In this document: positions 35,703-45,897 of the stretch, piece after piece
Numbering within the stretch: position 1 is the first letter of the stretch
Layout: each line of letters starts with the position of its first letter
Source: a virus
IMG/VR virus record: IMGVR_UViG_3300032401_001514
Location: 1-64,000 of that record
Direction: 5' to 3' (one strand)
DNA length: 64,000 nucleotides
Notes under the pieces: generated by a model
What the model saw: only the letters and a program-made list of their open reading frames with translations
What the model was told of the DNA's origin: nothing
The model's database searches: none
Position numbers and translations under genes: made by a program

Positions 35703-36926
35703 TTATTTACAAGCGCTATCCATTGCTATTGCGCCTGTAATTGCAGCAGCTGCTATTCCTTGTATTCCAGCACTTTCTCCTGCGATAAATAAATTTTCAA
35801 TCTCTGATTCTAAATTGGAGCCTAGTCTAACTTGAGATGCCATCGGCAGTATATCAGGTGAATGATAATATGCCTTTGTTGGCATTGATGGAATAATTTC
35901 TGTCAGTTCAGTTAAAACCGGAATTAACCAATTATATTCTGGCAATACAGATAATTGGCCAACGTTTTTTAAAATGCTTCTTACTTTTTCTCGGCCTATT
36001 CTATCGTTAAATAACAAGAATGCTAATTTCCCTAATCTATCAGTTTGTCTACAACCGTCATTTTGAAAATATTGTTTACTTAAAATTGAAAAAGAAACCT
36101 TGTCTGTTTTCCACCTGTCTTCATTAGAGCGAAATGATGATATTACTAAATCAGCATGGTCTTCTGGAATGACAGTTCCGTTCCAATTAAATGGGCCAAT
36201 CTCTAGATTATCCTTTTTTAATTTGCAATGAGTTTTATTAAAATCTTTCATTTGTTGAGCAGACAATTCAACTCTAATTCCATAAATTGCAAAATCGTCA
36301 TTTGCAAGAATTCCAAGTTCTTTATATAATTTATTTGTCCAACGCCATCCGCTTCTGCCAGCACACAATATAAGTTTTTTACAAGTATAATTTCCGTCAG
36401 CTGTAGTTACCAAAAACGTATCTTTTTGTTTAAATATTTTGAATACCTCATTATCAAACGAAAATGTAATATTGCCGGCAGTATCAATCACCTCTGTTAT
36501 TAACCTTGATAGCTGATGGACACTATCAGGTTTCCATTGGACGTAATTATTTAATTCAATTTCATAATTTAAAGAAGATAATTTCTTTTGAATAGCAGCG
36601 CTTGGAAGCTTGTCTTTAATAATCTTCATTGGGTTTACTTCTTCAAACCATTTTGTTACCCATTTGTTCGCAGGGTTTGCTTTCCTGCCATCTACTATAT
36701 CTAATACTTTATCGATATCGCCAGTGTATATTTTACCATCACCTGTGGGAAAACAGCCTAGAAACCCCTCTATTTGTCGTCTTCTTTTTGACGGAGGACG
36801 ACCTAATTCAAACAATATGACTTTTGAGTCTTTATGAATCTCTGCTGCTCTTAACGCTGCGAACGTACCAGAAATACCAGCTCCTATTATTCCGATATCA
36901 TAGTTTATTGTCATATATGTTTCCAA
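35703..36926 (-). CDS. FAD-dependent oxidoreductase
   Basis: GIIGAGISG dinucleotide-binding motif, CAGRSG, FIAGESAG. Confidence 0.85.
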   Translation of the reverse strand: METYMTINYDIGIIGAGISGTFAALRAAEIHKDSKVILFELGRPPSKRRRQIEGFLGCFPTGDGKIYTGDIDKVLDIVDGRKANPANKWVTKWFEEVNPMKIIKDKLPSAAIQKKLSSLNYEIELNNYVQWKPDSVHQLSRLITEVIDTAGNITFSFDNEVFKIFKQKDTFLVTTADGNYTCKKLILCAGRSGWRWTNKLYKELGILANDDFAIYGIRVELSAQQMKDFNKTHCKLKKDNLEIGPFNWNGTVIPEDHADLVISSFRSNEDRWKTDKVSFSILSKQYFQNDGCRQTDRLGKLAFLLFNDRIGREKVRSILKNVGQLSVLPEYNWLIPVLTELTEIIPSMPTKAYYHSPDILPMASQVRLGSNLESEIENLFIAGESAGIQGIAAAAITGAIAMDSACK

Positions 36927-37264
36927 CTTTCTTTATTAATAATTCGTCTGACTTGAGTTCTTCCAACTTTATATTCACGAGCCAGCTGAGTTTTTGTAAA
37001 TCCATTTTTGTATTTATTACGTATACTTATAACAACGTCTTCTGATATTTTTACTAATGGATTCTTTTCTCCAATAAATTTGCCTTTTCTGGCGGCGCAC
37101 CTTTCCTCACTTAATTTTCTACCCCTATGCAAATAAAATTTTTCGCGCTTTCTTTTACTTTGCGCTATGTTCTTATGCTTAATCCAGCGTTTTATCGGAT
37201 TTGCAGATTTACCAACGTAAATTTTATTATAAATTATATTGTGAATTATGTAAATTTGGTGCAT
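36911..37264 (-). pseudogene. internally deleted GIY-YIG endonuclease remnant fused to NUMOD/HTH tail
   Basis: QIYIIHN...KIYVGKS...RW..H followed directly by GRKLSEE and a C-terminal HTH; catalytic core missing. Confidence 0.65.
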
Positions 37265-37946
37265 ATATTATCTGTCTAGATGTTTGCAAAGACTCTAGTA
37301 CGTCTTTGTACAAACTATCCACGCTGAATATATCACCACTAATTATTTTATCAATAGTTTCACTTAGTTCTTTGTCAACACCAAACGGCCACATAAAATA
37401 ATAATTTGAATTTATAAAATGTTGATTGAAATTTTTAGCTGCTTTCTCTAGTGTTTCTTTGATTTTTTCTTCGCTATAATTTAATTCTTTCATCAACTCA
37501 GCATAAGTAAATAAAGACATTTGATATCCACGCACTTCATAAAGTTTTCGCCAATATGCAGGCATTGGAGATAAAAATACTACAAATAATAATAAAGAAA
37601 CTATAATATTTATTGGTAATAATAATAACATTAATATTGATAAGCTTTGTGGGAATAAATAAAAGAATGAAAATATAATTTGTCCTTGTCTTTCAGAATC
37701 GCTTGCATGCACAAATTCATGAGATAAAATATCTATGGCATCAAAATCTCTATCTTGTATAAACTTTCTATTTGGAAAATATACGGTCTTGCCAATGGTA
37801 GTTGTATAACTAGTCATAAATGTTTTATTATAAAACAAAAAATAACTTATTAACTTCATAAGCCAAGATTCATCTTTATATGCTATCTTGAGACCTGGAA
37901 GTTTTTTATTTAATTCTGCATAAAAATTATCGAATCTTGTTGTCAT
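37227..37946 (-). CDS. membrane protein with an HExxH zincin-like motif
   Basis: HEFVH, hydrophobic hairpin, downstream E in EVRGY. Confidence 0.6.
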   Translation of the reverse strand: MTTRFDNFYAELNKKLPGLKIAYKDESWLMKLISYFLFYNKTFMTSYTTTIGKTVYFPNRKFIQDRDFDAIDILSHEFVHASDSERQGQIIFSFFYLFPQSLSILMLLLLPINIIVSLLLFVVFLSPMPAYWRKLYEVRGYQMSLFTYAELMKELNYSEEKIKETLEKAAKNFNQHFINSNYYFMWPFGVDKELSETIDKIISGDIFSVDSLYKDVLESLQTSRQIIYAPNLHNSQYNL

Positions 37947-38407
37947 ACTACACTTAATCCATTAATCCACTGCCAAGTAATAGGCCCTGATGGACGCATT
38001 ATAGCATTTGTTTTTGTTGCGTTAATAATAGCTTGTTTCATTTGTGGAGCAACACTGCTTTGCAACATTTTTAATATAGCCCCACTCTTTACAGCAGGGT
38101 GATTTCCAGATATATTAAATTGCACATTCAAATTTGGTAAAACAGATATGCCAATATTAACATTTCCTGCTTTATCTCCCATTGCAGCAAAGATGCTTTC
38201 TATTGTAGGATTATTTAATAATATTTGTTGAGCTTCAATATCTACGCCTGACAAATTCTTGTTGCCAGTAAATTTAGCAAACGTACCATAACCAGCTAAT
38301 AATTCTTGATACTCTCCAACACCTCCGCCAACAACAGTTGGAGGGCCTGCGTCTGCAAATGTTAGTAAATTGAACTTAGTTGCTGCTGATAATAATTTGT
38401 TATACAT
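37943..38407 (-). CDS. hypothetical protein
   Basis: Start re-placed at ATG 38407 (MYNKLLSAATKF). Confidence 0.6.
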   Translation of the reverse strand: MYNKLLSAATKFNLLTFADAGPPTVVGGGVGEYQELLAGYGTFAKFTGNKNLSGVDIEAQQILLNNPTIESIFAAMGDKAGNVNIGISVLPNLNVQFNISGNHPAVKSGAILKMLQSSVAPQMKQAIINATKTNAIMRPSGPITWQWINGLSVV

Positions 38408-38485
38408 GGCATAGATATATTGGTTTATTCGTTGTTCCACCAGAGGCGCGCTGTAACGTTTTGCGTGCTTCGTCTCCTAAGAGGC

Positions 38486-38725
38486 ATGAGCCAACTAAAA
38501 CTAATTCCTACGTGGGTCCTGGAGCTATCAATGGCGGATCTTCACCTTGTTCTTCGGGCTCTAGGTGACCGAATAACTGAAGAAGCCGAAATGGCCGAAG
38601 CTAAGGCTTTGGGAAATAAATTAACGTTAGATCGAGTTAAATCTACAGAGATTGAATTAGGAAAGCTTAAAAAAGCTCTTGCTCAAGGATCCCAGGATTC
38701 CCAAGAATTTGGCCCGGTGGTGTAA
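38486..38725 (+). CDS. hypothetical protein
   Basis: taagagg RBS then ATG 38486; GC-richer than the flanks. Confidence 0.5.
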   Translation: MSQLKLIPTWVLELSMADLHLVLRALGDRITEEAEMAEAKALGNKLTLDRVKSTEIELGKLKKALAQGSQDSQEFGPVV

Positions 38726-39036
38726 TATACTTTCTTTACACCCTTGTTTATTATTAGAGTTTCACAATGTTTACATGGTTTTGCCATAGCCCATGAGCCA
38801 TCTCTTAACACCCTGGCTACCCACAATATGGCTCCAAATCCAGCCTTGCGTAAACTGCGGGCTTCAGCATGAGCGCTAGCCGAAGGAGTGCGCACTTCCG
38901 CATTAGTGGATTTAACTAATGTTCCATCTTGTCTTTCAGCGATACAACCTAGTAAAAAATGTTTATCATTTTGCCTAGAATTAGCCGCTAACTTTGCCGC
39001 GTCTTCTAGTTTTTTCATATTCATATTATCCACCAA
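38683..39036 (-). CDS. cytidine/dCMP deaminase-like Zn protein
   Basis: HAE...PCKHC motif. Confidence 0.8.
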   Translation of the reverse strand: MVDNMNMKKLEDAAKLAANSRQNDKHFLLGCIAERQDGTLVKSTNAEVRTPSASAHAEARSLRKAGFGAILWVARVLRDGSWAMAKPCKHCETLIINKGVKKVYYTTGPNSWESWDP

Positions 39037-39040
39037 AACA

Positions 39041-39064
39041 AAAAACCCGCTGTTGGCGGGTTTT
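39041..39064. terminator. intrinsic terminator
   Basis: aaaaacccgc-tgttg-gcgggtttt. Confidence 0.75.
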
Positions 39065-39081
39065 AATTAAAAAGCCCTTAG

Positions 39082-39477
39082 TTATGCCGGATTTACAGGC
39101 GATAAAATAGCTTTAAAAAAAGAACCAATTTGAATGGCAACTTCAGGGTTGAAATTAGCGGCAGGACTATTAATTGTTCCTAAAAGTAAATCGTATGCCT
39201 CTTGCTCTATTTCAATAAAGCCATTAGGTTCACAAGATTTTATTTTATCTTTAATATCTATTGCATGCATAACAGTAACTGCGTTCTTACCAAAAGAAGG
39301 ATCCTTTAAAAGAGTACCAACTACAAAAGTTAAAAATGATATTTTTATTTGTAAAAGCTGTTTTGTATCAGGATCTTCCATTAATAAAGGCTGATCATTA
39401 ATTAAATTTTTCAGCGCTATTGTTTCAGGGACTAATATTTTTTTGTTCATGTTTTGCTCCTTTCCCGTATATATCAA
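39082..39477 (-). CDS. hypothetical protein
   Basis: 131-aa ORF at the end of the fibre/GT operon. Confidence 0.55.
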   Translation of the reverse strand: MIYTGKEQNMNKKILVPETIALKNLINDQPLLMEDPDTKQLLQIKISFLTFVVGTLLKDPSFGKNAVTVMHAIDIKDKIKSCEPNGFIEIEQEAYDLLLGTINSPAANFNPEVAIQIGSFFKAILSPVNPA

Positions 39478-39487
39478 GCTACTTATA

Positions 39488-40363
39488 TTATTTTAATATA
39501 TTTTCAATTATTGATATAAAACTTTCTCCCCAAATTTCATATTTACGAGTAGACGCTATTTGTAAAGCTGTGCCAGATAAATCTTTTTGTAACTGTTTTG
39601 ATTCTATTAGTTTTATTATGCCATTTCTTAAACTCAATATATCTCTATCAACATAAATTGCGGAATCTTTGCACGTATCTATATTTGCCTGAATGTTTGT
39701 AACAATACACGGTAGGCCAACAGCCATTGCTTCTAATAAAGCAAGTGACATACCTTCTGTTATACTGGGGAAAACGAAAATATCAGCAGACCTTAAATGT
39801 TTGATTATTTCATTTTCGTTTTTAATTCCAAGAAATTTAACATTTCTATATTTAGACTTGTTTATATTTCCTTTGCCTATTAACCAAAGTTCGCATTTCA
39901 AATCCTTAACCGCTTCTATTAATTTATCAGTTCCTTTATGAGAGCTAAAATTACCACAATAAATTAATATTGGAACATCTCTTATAAGTTTAACATCTTT
40001 ATCTCCTGGAGAAAAACTCGGTCTTGCAACATTTTCTATTAACTCAGTTTTGTAACCAAAATCTCTGAACATTTTCCATGTATGTTCAGCAACAGTTACT
40101 AGCATATCATGATCTTTGTATATAAAAACACTTTCTGGAATTACTTCAGTTATAACATGACATATACGAGGAATAGTAAGCCAGGGCCATTTATTTAATT
40201 GATAAACTACACTAATAGAAGCTTTTTTTATTTGTGTAACATCATTATTGATCCAATTTATTTTATGACTTGTTGCGTTTTGTAACATCTGTCCAACAAT
40301 GCCTGCCCCTCCTATTGGGCACTTTGTTTTATTGTTAACTACGTGTATTGCGTTTATTTGCAT
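39488..40363 (-). CDS. GT4-family glycosyltransferase
   Basis: GNFSSHKG, DIFVFPSITEGMSLALLEAMAVGLPCI. Confidence 0.9.
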   Translation of the reverse strand: MQINAIHVVNNKTKCPIGGAGIVGQMLQNATSHKINWINNDVTQIKKASISVVYQLNKWPWLTIPRICHVITEVIPESVFIYKDHDMLVTVAEHTWKMFRDFGYKTELIENVARPSFSPGDKDVKLIRDVPILIYCGNFSSHKGTDKLIEAVKDLKCELWLIGKGNINKSKYRNVKFLGIKNENEIIKHLRSADIFVFPSITEGMSLALLEAMAVGLPCIVTNIQANIDTCKDSAIYVDRDILSLRNGIIKLIESKQLQKDLSGTALQIASTRKYEIWGESFISIIENILK

Positions 40364-40366
40364 ATA

Positions 40367-41212
40367 TCAACTTTCATATAAAGCTTTTGATAAAATTTTG
40401 GCCAAAACTTTATGGTCGAAAAACTGTTCAGCGATTTTTCTATTTTCAATTCCCATACGCTGGCGCTCCTGTGGATCATTTTGTAACCATATAATTGCGT
40501 CTAGAAATTCTTTTTTAGTTTTAGCTAAGACGCCTTGACATTTATATTGATCAAAAATTTCCTTATTAGCCCCAATAGAAGAAGATATAACAGGTAGACC
40601 TGCTGCCATATATTGAATAATTTTAAATGCACATTTGTAACGAGTCCAATTATTATCAATAAGTGGGGCAAGACCTATTGAACATCCTAAAAGACCAGAT
40701 GTTTGAGTTTCTTTTGACCAAGGAATAAAATCAGTGTTTATGTTCCATATAGGTTTTAAATCACAAATAACACGAATTGGAATTTTAGATTGCTCCAAAA
40801 CGTCAGAAATGCTTATTAAATATTGAAGCGTTGAAGAGGATCCTGTCCATACCAGTGGATCATTTTGTTTATGAATATTTATTTCATAAGAGTTTATATC
40901 AACCCCAGTTCTCCAAATACGAACGTCTTTTGCTCCAGCGTCTAAAGCCGATTCAGCTAAAGCGTCGCAGCCAGCTAAAACAATTTTTGTTCGTTTAATT
41001 GTATGCTTAAAAAAGTTTTGCTTTCCTAAATGAATTCCGTCGTCATAATCAAAAACAAGAGATTCTTTCCTATAAAAAACTCGGTGTACCCAAAGTTTAT
41101 CTGATGTTGGTTTATGAACAATTTCAATTGGTAACAACTTTGTATAAGGTGCCACTCTTGCTAAATATGAAGGACAATTACCAGTGCAATTTGTAATGCA
41201 TTGAGCCAGCAT
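40367..41212 (-). CDS. GT4-family glycosyltransferase
   Basis: VWTGS, IGLAPL...KCAFKIIQYMAAGLPVISS. Confidence 0.88.
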   Translation of the reverse strand: MLAQCITNCTGNCPSYLARVAPYTKLLPIEIVHKPTSDKLWVHRVFYRKESLVFDYDDGIHLGKQNFFKHTIKRTKIVLAGCDALAESALDAGAKDVRIWRTGVDINSYEINIHKQNDPLVWTGSSSTLQYLISISDVLEQSKIPIRVICDLKPIWNINTDFIPWSKETQTSGLLGCSIGLAPLIDNNWTRYKCAFKIIQYMAAGLPVISSSIGANKEIFDQYKCQGVLAKTKKEFLDAIIWLQNDPQERQRMGIENRKIAEQFFDHKVLAKILSKALYES

Positions 41213-41214
41213 GT

Positions 41215-43821
41215 TTATGCCATTAAACCATATGCCTGCAAATCAGCAATAATAGTACCAACTACTTCTGCTAAGTTTTGTGTAGTAATTGTTGTTGTAT
41301 CAAAGCTTCGATCAGTTACCGGGTTAGTAACAGTATATGTTTGGCGAGCAACTGGTGTGCTTGCAAAGAAACCAATACCAACTGTATTAACTTCAAATTT
41401 AATTGCCGCAGCGCTATCTTGTAGCTTCACTGAGCCAACAGTTCCTGAACCAGTTTTGGAACCAGGCTTGATAGTTATACTACCACCATTGCCATTAATA
41501 CTAGCTGCAATACCGGCCGTTACTGTTATTGATGCACCATCGCCTGTAGCTCCAACACCAGAATTGCCTCCTGTAATTGATATAGCTCCGGCAAAACCAG
41601 TTCCTGTTGCCGCACCAGACGTAATGTTAACAAGGCCACCACTACGGTCTGTACCGACAGCATCAGATCCTGTAACATAAATTGGGCCACCATCTCCGTC
41701 TGTTGGTATGCCGCCGGAAATATTAACAATTCCTCCTGCACCAGAAGTGTTTCCTCCAGTGCCACCAACAATAGTAGCGCTTCCTCCGGCTGCACCACCA
41801 CCTCCATTTCCTCCATGCCCACCTTGCAGAATAGCTTCGCCGCCAACGCCTGTACCAGCTCCTGGTCCACCTAAAATAGAAGCTTGTCCACCAGTCCTAG
41901 TTGACCCTGTTGCAACTCCTCCTTTGAGGAGTGCTATGCCTCCATCCCCTCCAGAGAAACCTCCAGAACCACCAGCTATAGTAAGATTTCCTCCAGATAA
42001 AATACCAGTACCGCCGCCACTGCCAGCTGTTATATTAAGAGCGCCACCAATTGCTGTAGAACCGCCATTACCAGCGTTTATATTAAGGGCTCCGCCTATT
42101 CCAGATCCTGTACCAGTTCCGGATTTTAGGGAAAGAATGCCACCCGCTCCTGATGTTGCGCCACCAACTCCAGCAGTTATATTAAGTGCGCCTCCTGTTA
42201 AGGTTGCCCCACCAACACCAGCAGTTATATTAAGTATGCCCCCAACTGCCGAAGCTCCCCCATCTCCAGAAATTATACTAAGCGTGCCTGCTAAACCAGT
42301 TCCAGTTCCGGCACCAGATGTAATGGTAAGCGCGCCTCCAGCACCGTTAGTACTATTCGCGTTACCTGATGTAATGCTTAATGCTCCACCATAACCTGTA
42401 GATCCGCTTCCGCTATCTCCAGCTAAAATCGAAAGTAATCCTCCATTTCCGGTACCAGCGCCAGTTCCAGTTGCAATTACTGCTGCCCCTCCATCACCAT
42501 TAGTACTAGCTGCGTTATTAGCTCCTATAGATATTGAGCCTCCGTTTCCACTAGCTCCGGATCCGCTGGCACCTGATATTATAATTATATCTCCACCATT
42601 TGCGACACCATTACCTGGCGCTGCAAATAAATAAATATTACCGCCTTTAAAACCGGAAGCTGCGGTCCCTCCTGATACAACAACAGTGCCGCCAGAATTG
42701 TCTAATGAGTTTGTTGCATGAATTAAAAATATGTTTGTTGCTAAGGTGGATTGATCCGCTTGTCTAAGCTCAACTATGCCTGCTCCAATAGTGCCAGTTC
42801 CGTATTCAATTACGGTAGCTGTAGCTCCGGCCGCAACAAAACAACTTGTGACTCCATTAGGACTGTGTTTTACAGTGCTAGCACTTTTATATTGAAAATC
42901 AATAACTCCGTTTCCATAACCATCATCACTATTAATGTTTAAATTAATATTCCCAGCAAGCCCAGATGTATTATCGCCTATTTCTAAATTTATGCTACCA
43001 ACTTTAACTCCATTACCACTTGAAGACACACCAGTAACAAATGAAATATCCCCTGTTGTAGAACCATCGCCTGTAGCAATATAAATGTTCCCGCTTTTTC
43101 CTGTTCCACCCGAAATGCCACCATCACCAGTGTATAAAGTAAAATCACCACTAGTTGATGTTAAAGATAAAGGATTAGCATTACCAGTTGCAACAGTTAT
43201 GTCACCACCATAATTACCATTAATTCCATCGCCTGCCGTAATGTTTATTGCTCCTCCACCAAAGACAGCCTCTCCAGCAGCCGGAGAACTGCCAGCTGAT
43301 ATATCAATATTTCCACCGGTTCCAACAACATCATTACCGCCATAAGCAACAACTTGCGCAGGTGATGCGGTTTCACCACCATTAGGATCTCCGCCCTTCA
43401 ATATAGCTAGGCCACCGATACCAGTATAAGAATTTCCACCAGCAATTAATGTTGTGCCACCAGAAAAGCCAGCCGTACCAACTCCTCCAACAATATTAAC
43501 GTATCCTCCATCGCTAGCTACGCCAGGTTCTCCAATAATTGATTGTCCATTTACAATTTTTATATCGTAAGCTCCGGTAGAATTCCCAATAGCTAAAACA
43601 GACTCTAAAGTTGATGCCGACCCTAATATATGATCAACGCCAGTTTCATCAGTAAACAATAAACGATTAGGGGATGTGGTGTTGTCGATCCAAACAATAC
43701 CTTTCCCGGCGGCCACATGTCCTGCGCCGAAACCTGGGCTTTGCTCGTTAAGCACTAAACCTTCAGAAAGCTTTGCGTTTATCGGAGTGTTTGCTATTTG
43801 CTCTCGTCTAGATTTAACCAT
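41215..43821 (-). CDS. Gly-rich tail fibre/spike-like virion protein
   Basis: 868 aa, repeated GGxLxIxxG units, C-terminal GFFASTPVARQ motif. Confidence 0.7.
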   Translation of the reverse strand: MVKSRREQIANTPINAKLSEGLVLNEQSPGFGAGHVAAGKGIVWIDNTTSPNRLLFTDETGVDHILGSASTLESVLAIGNSTGAYDIKIVNGQSIIGEPGVASDGGYVNIVGGVGTAGFSGGTTLIAGGNSYTGIGGLAILKGGDPNGGETASPAQVVAYGGNDVVGTGGNIDISAGSSPAAGEAVFGGGAINITAGDGINGNYGGDITVATGNANPLSLTSTSGDFTLYTGDGGISGGTGKSGNIYIATGDGSTTGDISFVTGVSSSGNGVKVGSINLEIGDNTSGLAGNINLNINSDDGYGNGVIDFQYKSASTVKHSPNGVTSCFVAAGATATVIEYGTGTIGAGIVELRQADQSTLATNIFLIHATNSLDNSGGTVVVSGGTAASGFKGGNIYLFAAPGNGVANGGDIIIISGASGSGASGNGGSISIGANNAASTNGDGGAAVIATGTGAGTGNGGLLSILAGDSGSGSTGYGGALSITSGNANSTNGAGGALTITSGAGTGTGLAGTLSIISGDGGASAVGGILNITAGVGGATLTGGALNITAGVGGATSGAGGILSLKSGTGTGSGIGGALNINAGNGGSTAIGGALNITAGSGGGTGILSGGNLTIAGGSGGFSGGDGGIALLKGGVATGSTRTGGQASILGGPGAGTGVGGEAILQGGHGGNGGGGAAGGSATIVGGTGGNTSGAGGIVNISGGIPTDGDGGPIYVTGSDAVGTDRSGGLVNITSGAATGTGFAGAISITGGNSGVGATGDGASITVTAGIAASINGNGGSITIKPGSKTGSGTVGSVKLQDSAAAIKFEVNTVGIGFFASTPVARQTYTVTNPVTDRSFDTTTITTQNLAEVVGTIIADLQAYGLMA

Positions 43822-43839
43822 TTAAATACCCATTTGTGT

Positions 43840-45708
43840 TTATACAACTCTCCAAGCGCCTGTTATACTGTCATATTCAATATCGGCGGATGCGTTAGGG
43901 TTTAATACCAAATCCCCTCCGGCTATAAGAAACCTATTAGCAGCCGAAGAGCTAACGCTTTGATTTTTTATAGTGACCGATGTAGCTCCAATATAAATTA
44001 GAGTTTTTCTTGTGTTGACAGCTGTTGCATCAAATCCAGTAATATCCCATGCTGCATTGCTATCGATTCTAATAACATCAGCAAAATTAAAGTCTGTTGG
44101 TGCCCAATTATTAATACTAGCTGTGAGAGAAGTTGGTGATATTATAGTTCGTTTAATAAATGTTCCGTCAGATGTAACATGTACTTTTAGAACGTTATAT
44201 CCGTCATATATTTTTAAAGATCCATCATTGCCACTTAGGCCACCAGTGCCAATATTAATGATAATATCGCCTCCGTTACCAAGGCTGTTTCCATTCCCAC
44301 TAGTGATATTAATATTGCCGCCATAACCATCATCAATATATATGCCTGTCCCACTAGTTGTAATAATATTAACATCGCCACCGTTTCCATTCAAAGTAGA
44401 GCCGCTTTGTATTATTACATTGCCTCCTGGTCCGATATCAGAGCCTCCTCCTTCAACAATTGTTTTTCCACCACCGCTGGTTCCGTATGCTCCTATTAAG
44501 CCTACGTCTCCGGCATGGATACCATCCATACCGGTATAAATTGTAGTAGCGCCATCAGATTCGGTAAGAGGCCTAGAATGAATTAAAGAAGTTTGATAGT
44601 TGGTATATCTAAAATACAATGTTGTACTTAATGTTCCTAAAACAGCACTGCTTGTATAAGATGGCGAGTCGTTAGAATCTATATATAATATTGGAAATTG
44701 ACCTTCTCCAACAGCCGGAGGTCCCCATATAGAAAATACCCCATTTGTTGTTCCTCCCACCCCAAATGATAAATATATATTACCAGCATCTCCGGAAGTA
44801 CCAGTTCCCGCTTCTATTAAAACGTCCCCACAAACATTTGACACACTGTTTCCGGCTAATATTAAAACGTCCCCTCCACCATCAGCGCCAACACCATCGC
44901 TTGCATTAATATTAATATTACCGCTTATTCCAGTACCATTGCCTATTTGGCTTTTAATAAAAACGGATGAGCCATTAGCATTTAATGTTGGCTGACCACT
45001 TTTATAAAGTATGCTAAAGTTCCCAGCATTATCAGCAAGAGTCATATTAACGCTTGCACTTGGATTAAACGTTAAAAAATCAGATCCGTCTTTTTTAAAC
45101 CTAATTAATTCTGGATTTAGCCCGCTACTTAAAACGTTTAAATCTAAATATCCATCTGGGGCAATAACCATATCTCCATTAGTCATGGATATGTTTGTTC
45201 CGCCAGTTACATTTCCAAGTATCAAAGTTTGAGCGAGCGTTTGGCTTCCGCCGCCGCCTCCACCACTACCACTTGTAATATACCAAAATTCAACAACGTC
45301 AGTAGTTTGAAGTGAAAAATCTGTACTAATCCATGTAACAGTTAAGCCTGATACAGTATAATCAGCGCCATAATTTTCTTTATTACCATTAACAAACATT
45401 TCAACTGCGGATCCTTTAGATGGCGAGGATCCTAATGTGATGCTTGTCTGTCCGTTAGTAGAAATTGCAATAGTCTCTTGAACCTGACCTATGCTGCCGC
45501 CACCTCCGCCACCACCAGCTTCTAAAGCATCAATGCGCGCCTTTACTGTCCCATAATCTCTAGAAGGGTCGGAACCCAATTCAGATTCTATTGCAATAAT
45601 GGCACCACGTAGGTTATTTACGACAGCTGCATTAACAGGAGTCACCAAATCAATTGAAACCGGAAGTTCGGTTTGTCCATCTATTGAGTTAGGGTATTTT
45701 GTAGACAA
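43840..45708 (-). CDS. Gly-rich tail fibre-like virion protein
   Basis: 622 aa, GGxVxIxxG units, shares the L..L..GN.T...I motif with the downstream gene. Confidence 0.7.
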   Translation of the reverse strand: MSTKYPNSIDGQTELPVSIDLVTPVNAAVVNNLRGAIIAIESELGSDPSRDYGTVKARIDALEAGGGGGGGSIGQVQETIAISTNGQTSITLGSSPSKGSAVEMFVNGNKENYGADYTVSGLTVTWISTDFSLQTTDVVEFWYITSGSGGGGGGSQTLAQTLILGNVTGGTNISMTNGDMVIAPDGYLDLNVLSSGLNPELIRFKKDGSDFLTFNPSASVNMTLADNAGNFSILYKSGQPTLNANGSSVFIKSQIGNGTGISGNININASDGVGADGGGDVLILAGNSVSNVCGDVLIEAGTGTSGDAGNIYLSFGVGGTTNGVFSIWGPPAVGEGQFPILYIDSNDSPSYTSSAVLGTLSTTLYFRYTNYQTSLIHSRPLTESDGATTIYTGMDGIHAGDVGLIGAYGTSGGGKTIVEGGGSDIGPGGNVIIQSGSTLNGNGGDVNIITTSGTGIYIDDGYGGNINITSGNGNSLGNGGDIIINIGTGGLSGNDGSLKIYDGYNVLKVHVTSDGTFIKRTIISPTSLTASINNWAPTDFNFADVIRIDSNAAWDITGFDATAVNTRKTLIYIGATSVTIKNQSVSSSAANRFLIAGGDLVLNPNASADIEYDSITGAWRVV

Positions 45709-45759
45709 TTGTTTTCCAGAATGATAATTTTAAAGTCAATTATATTCCTTAATATGCAC

Positions 45760-45789
45760 AAAAAAAGCCCAGAGCTTAAGCGCTGGGCT
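45760..45789 (-). terminator. intrinsic terminator
   Basis: agcccag/ctgggct hairpin followed by a U-tract on the minus strand. Confidence 0.65.
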
Positions 45790-45823
45790 AAATATCCAAT
45801 GTTATGAATTTTGGATATAAAAT

Positions 45824-45853
45824 AAAAAGGCCCAGTACTTTCGTACCAGGCCC
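45824..45853 (-). terminator. intrinsic terminator
   Basis: Minus strand gggcctggtac-gaaa-gtactgggcc-ttttt. Confidence 0.65.
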
Positions 45854-45897
45854 GTATATAACTAAATTAATTAAATTATATTATTCTATAATGAGGC

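Noticed and set aside
41201-44539. Pro-rich plus-strand ORFs (for example 41708-42394)
   Set aside because: Antisense shadows of the Gly-rich fibre genes.
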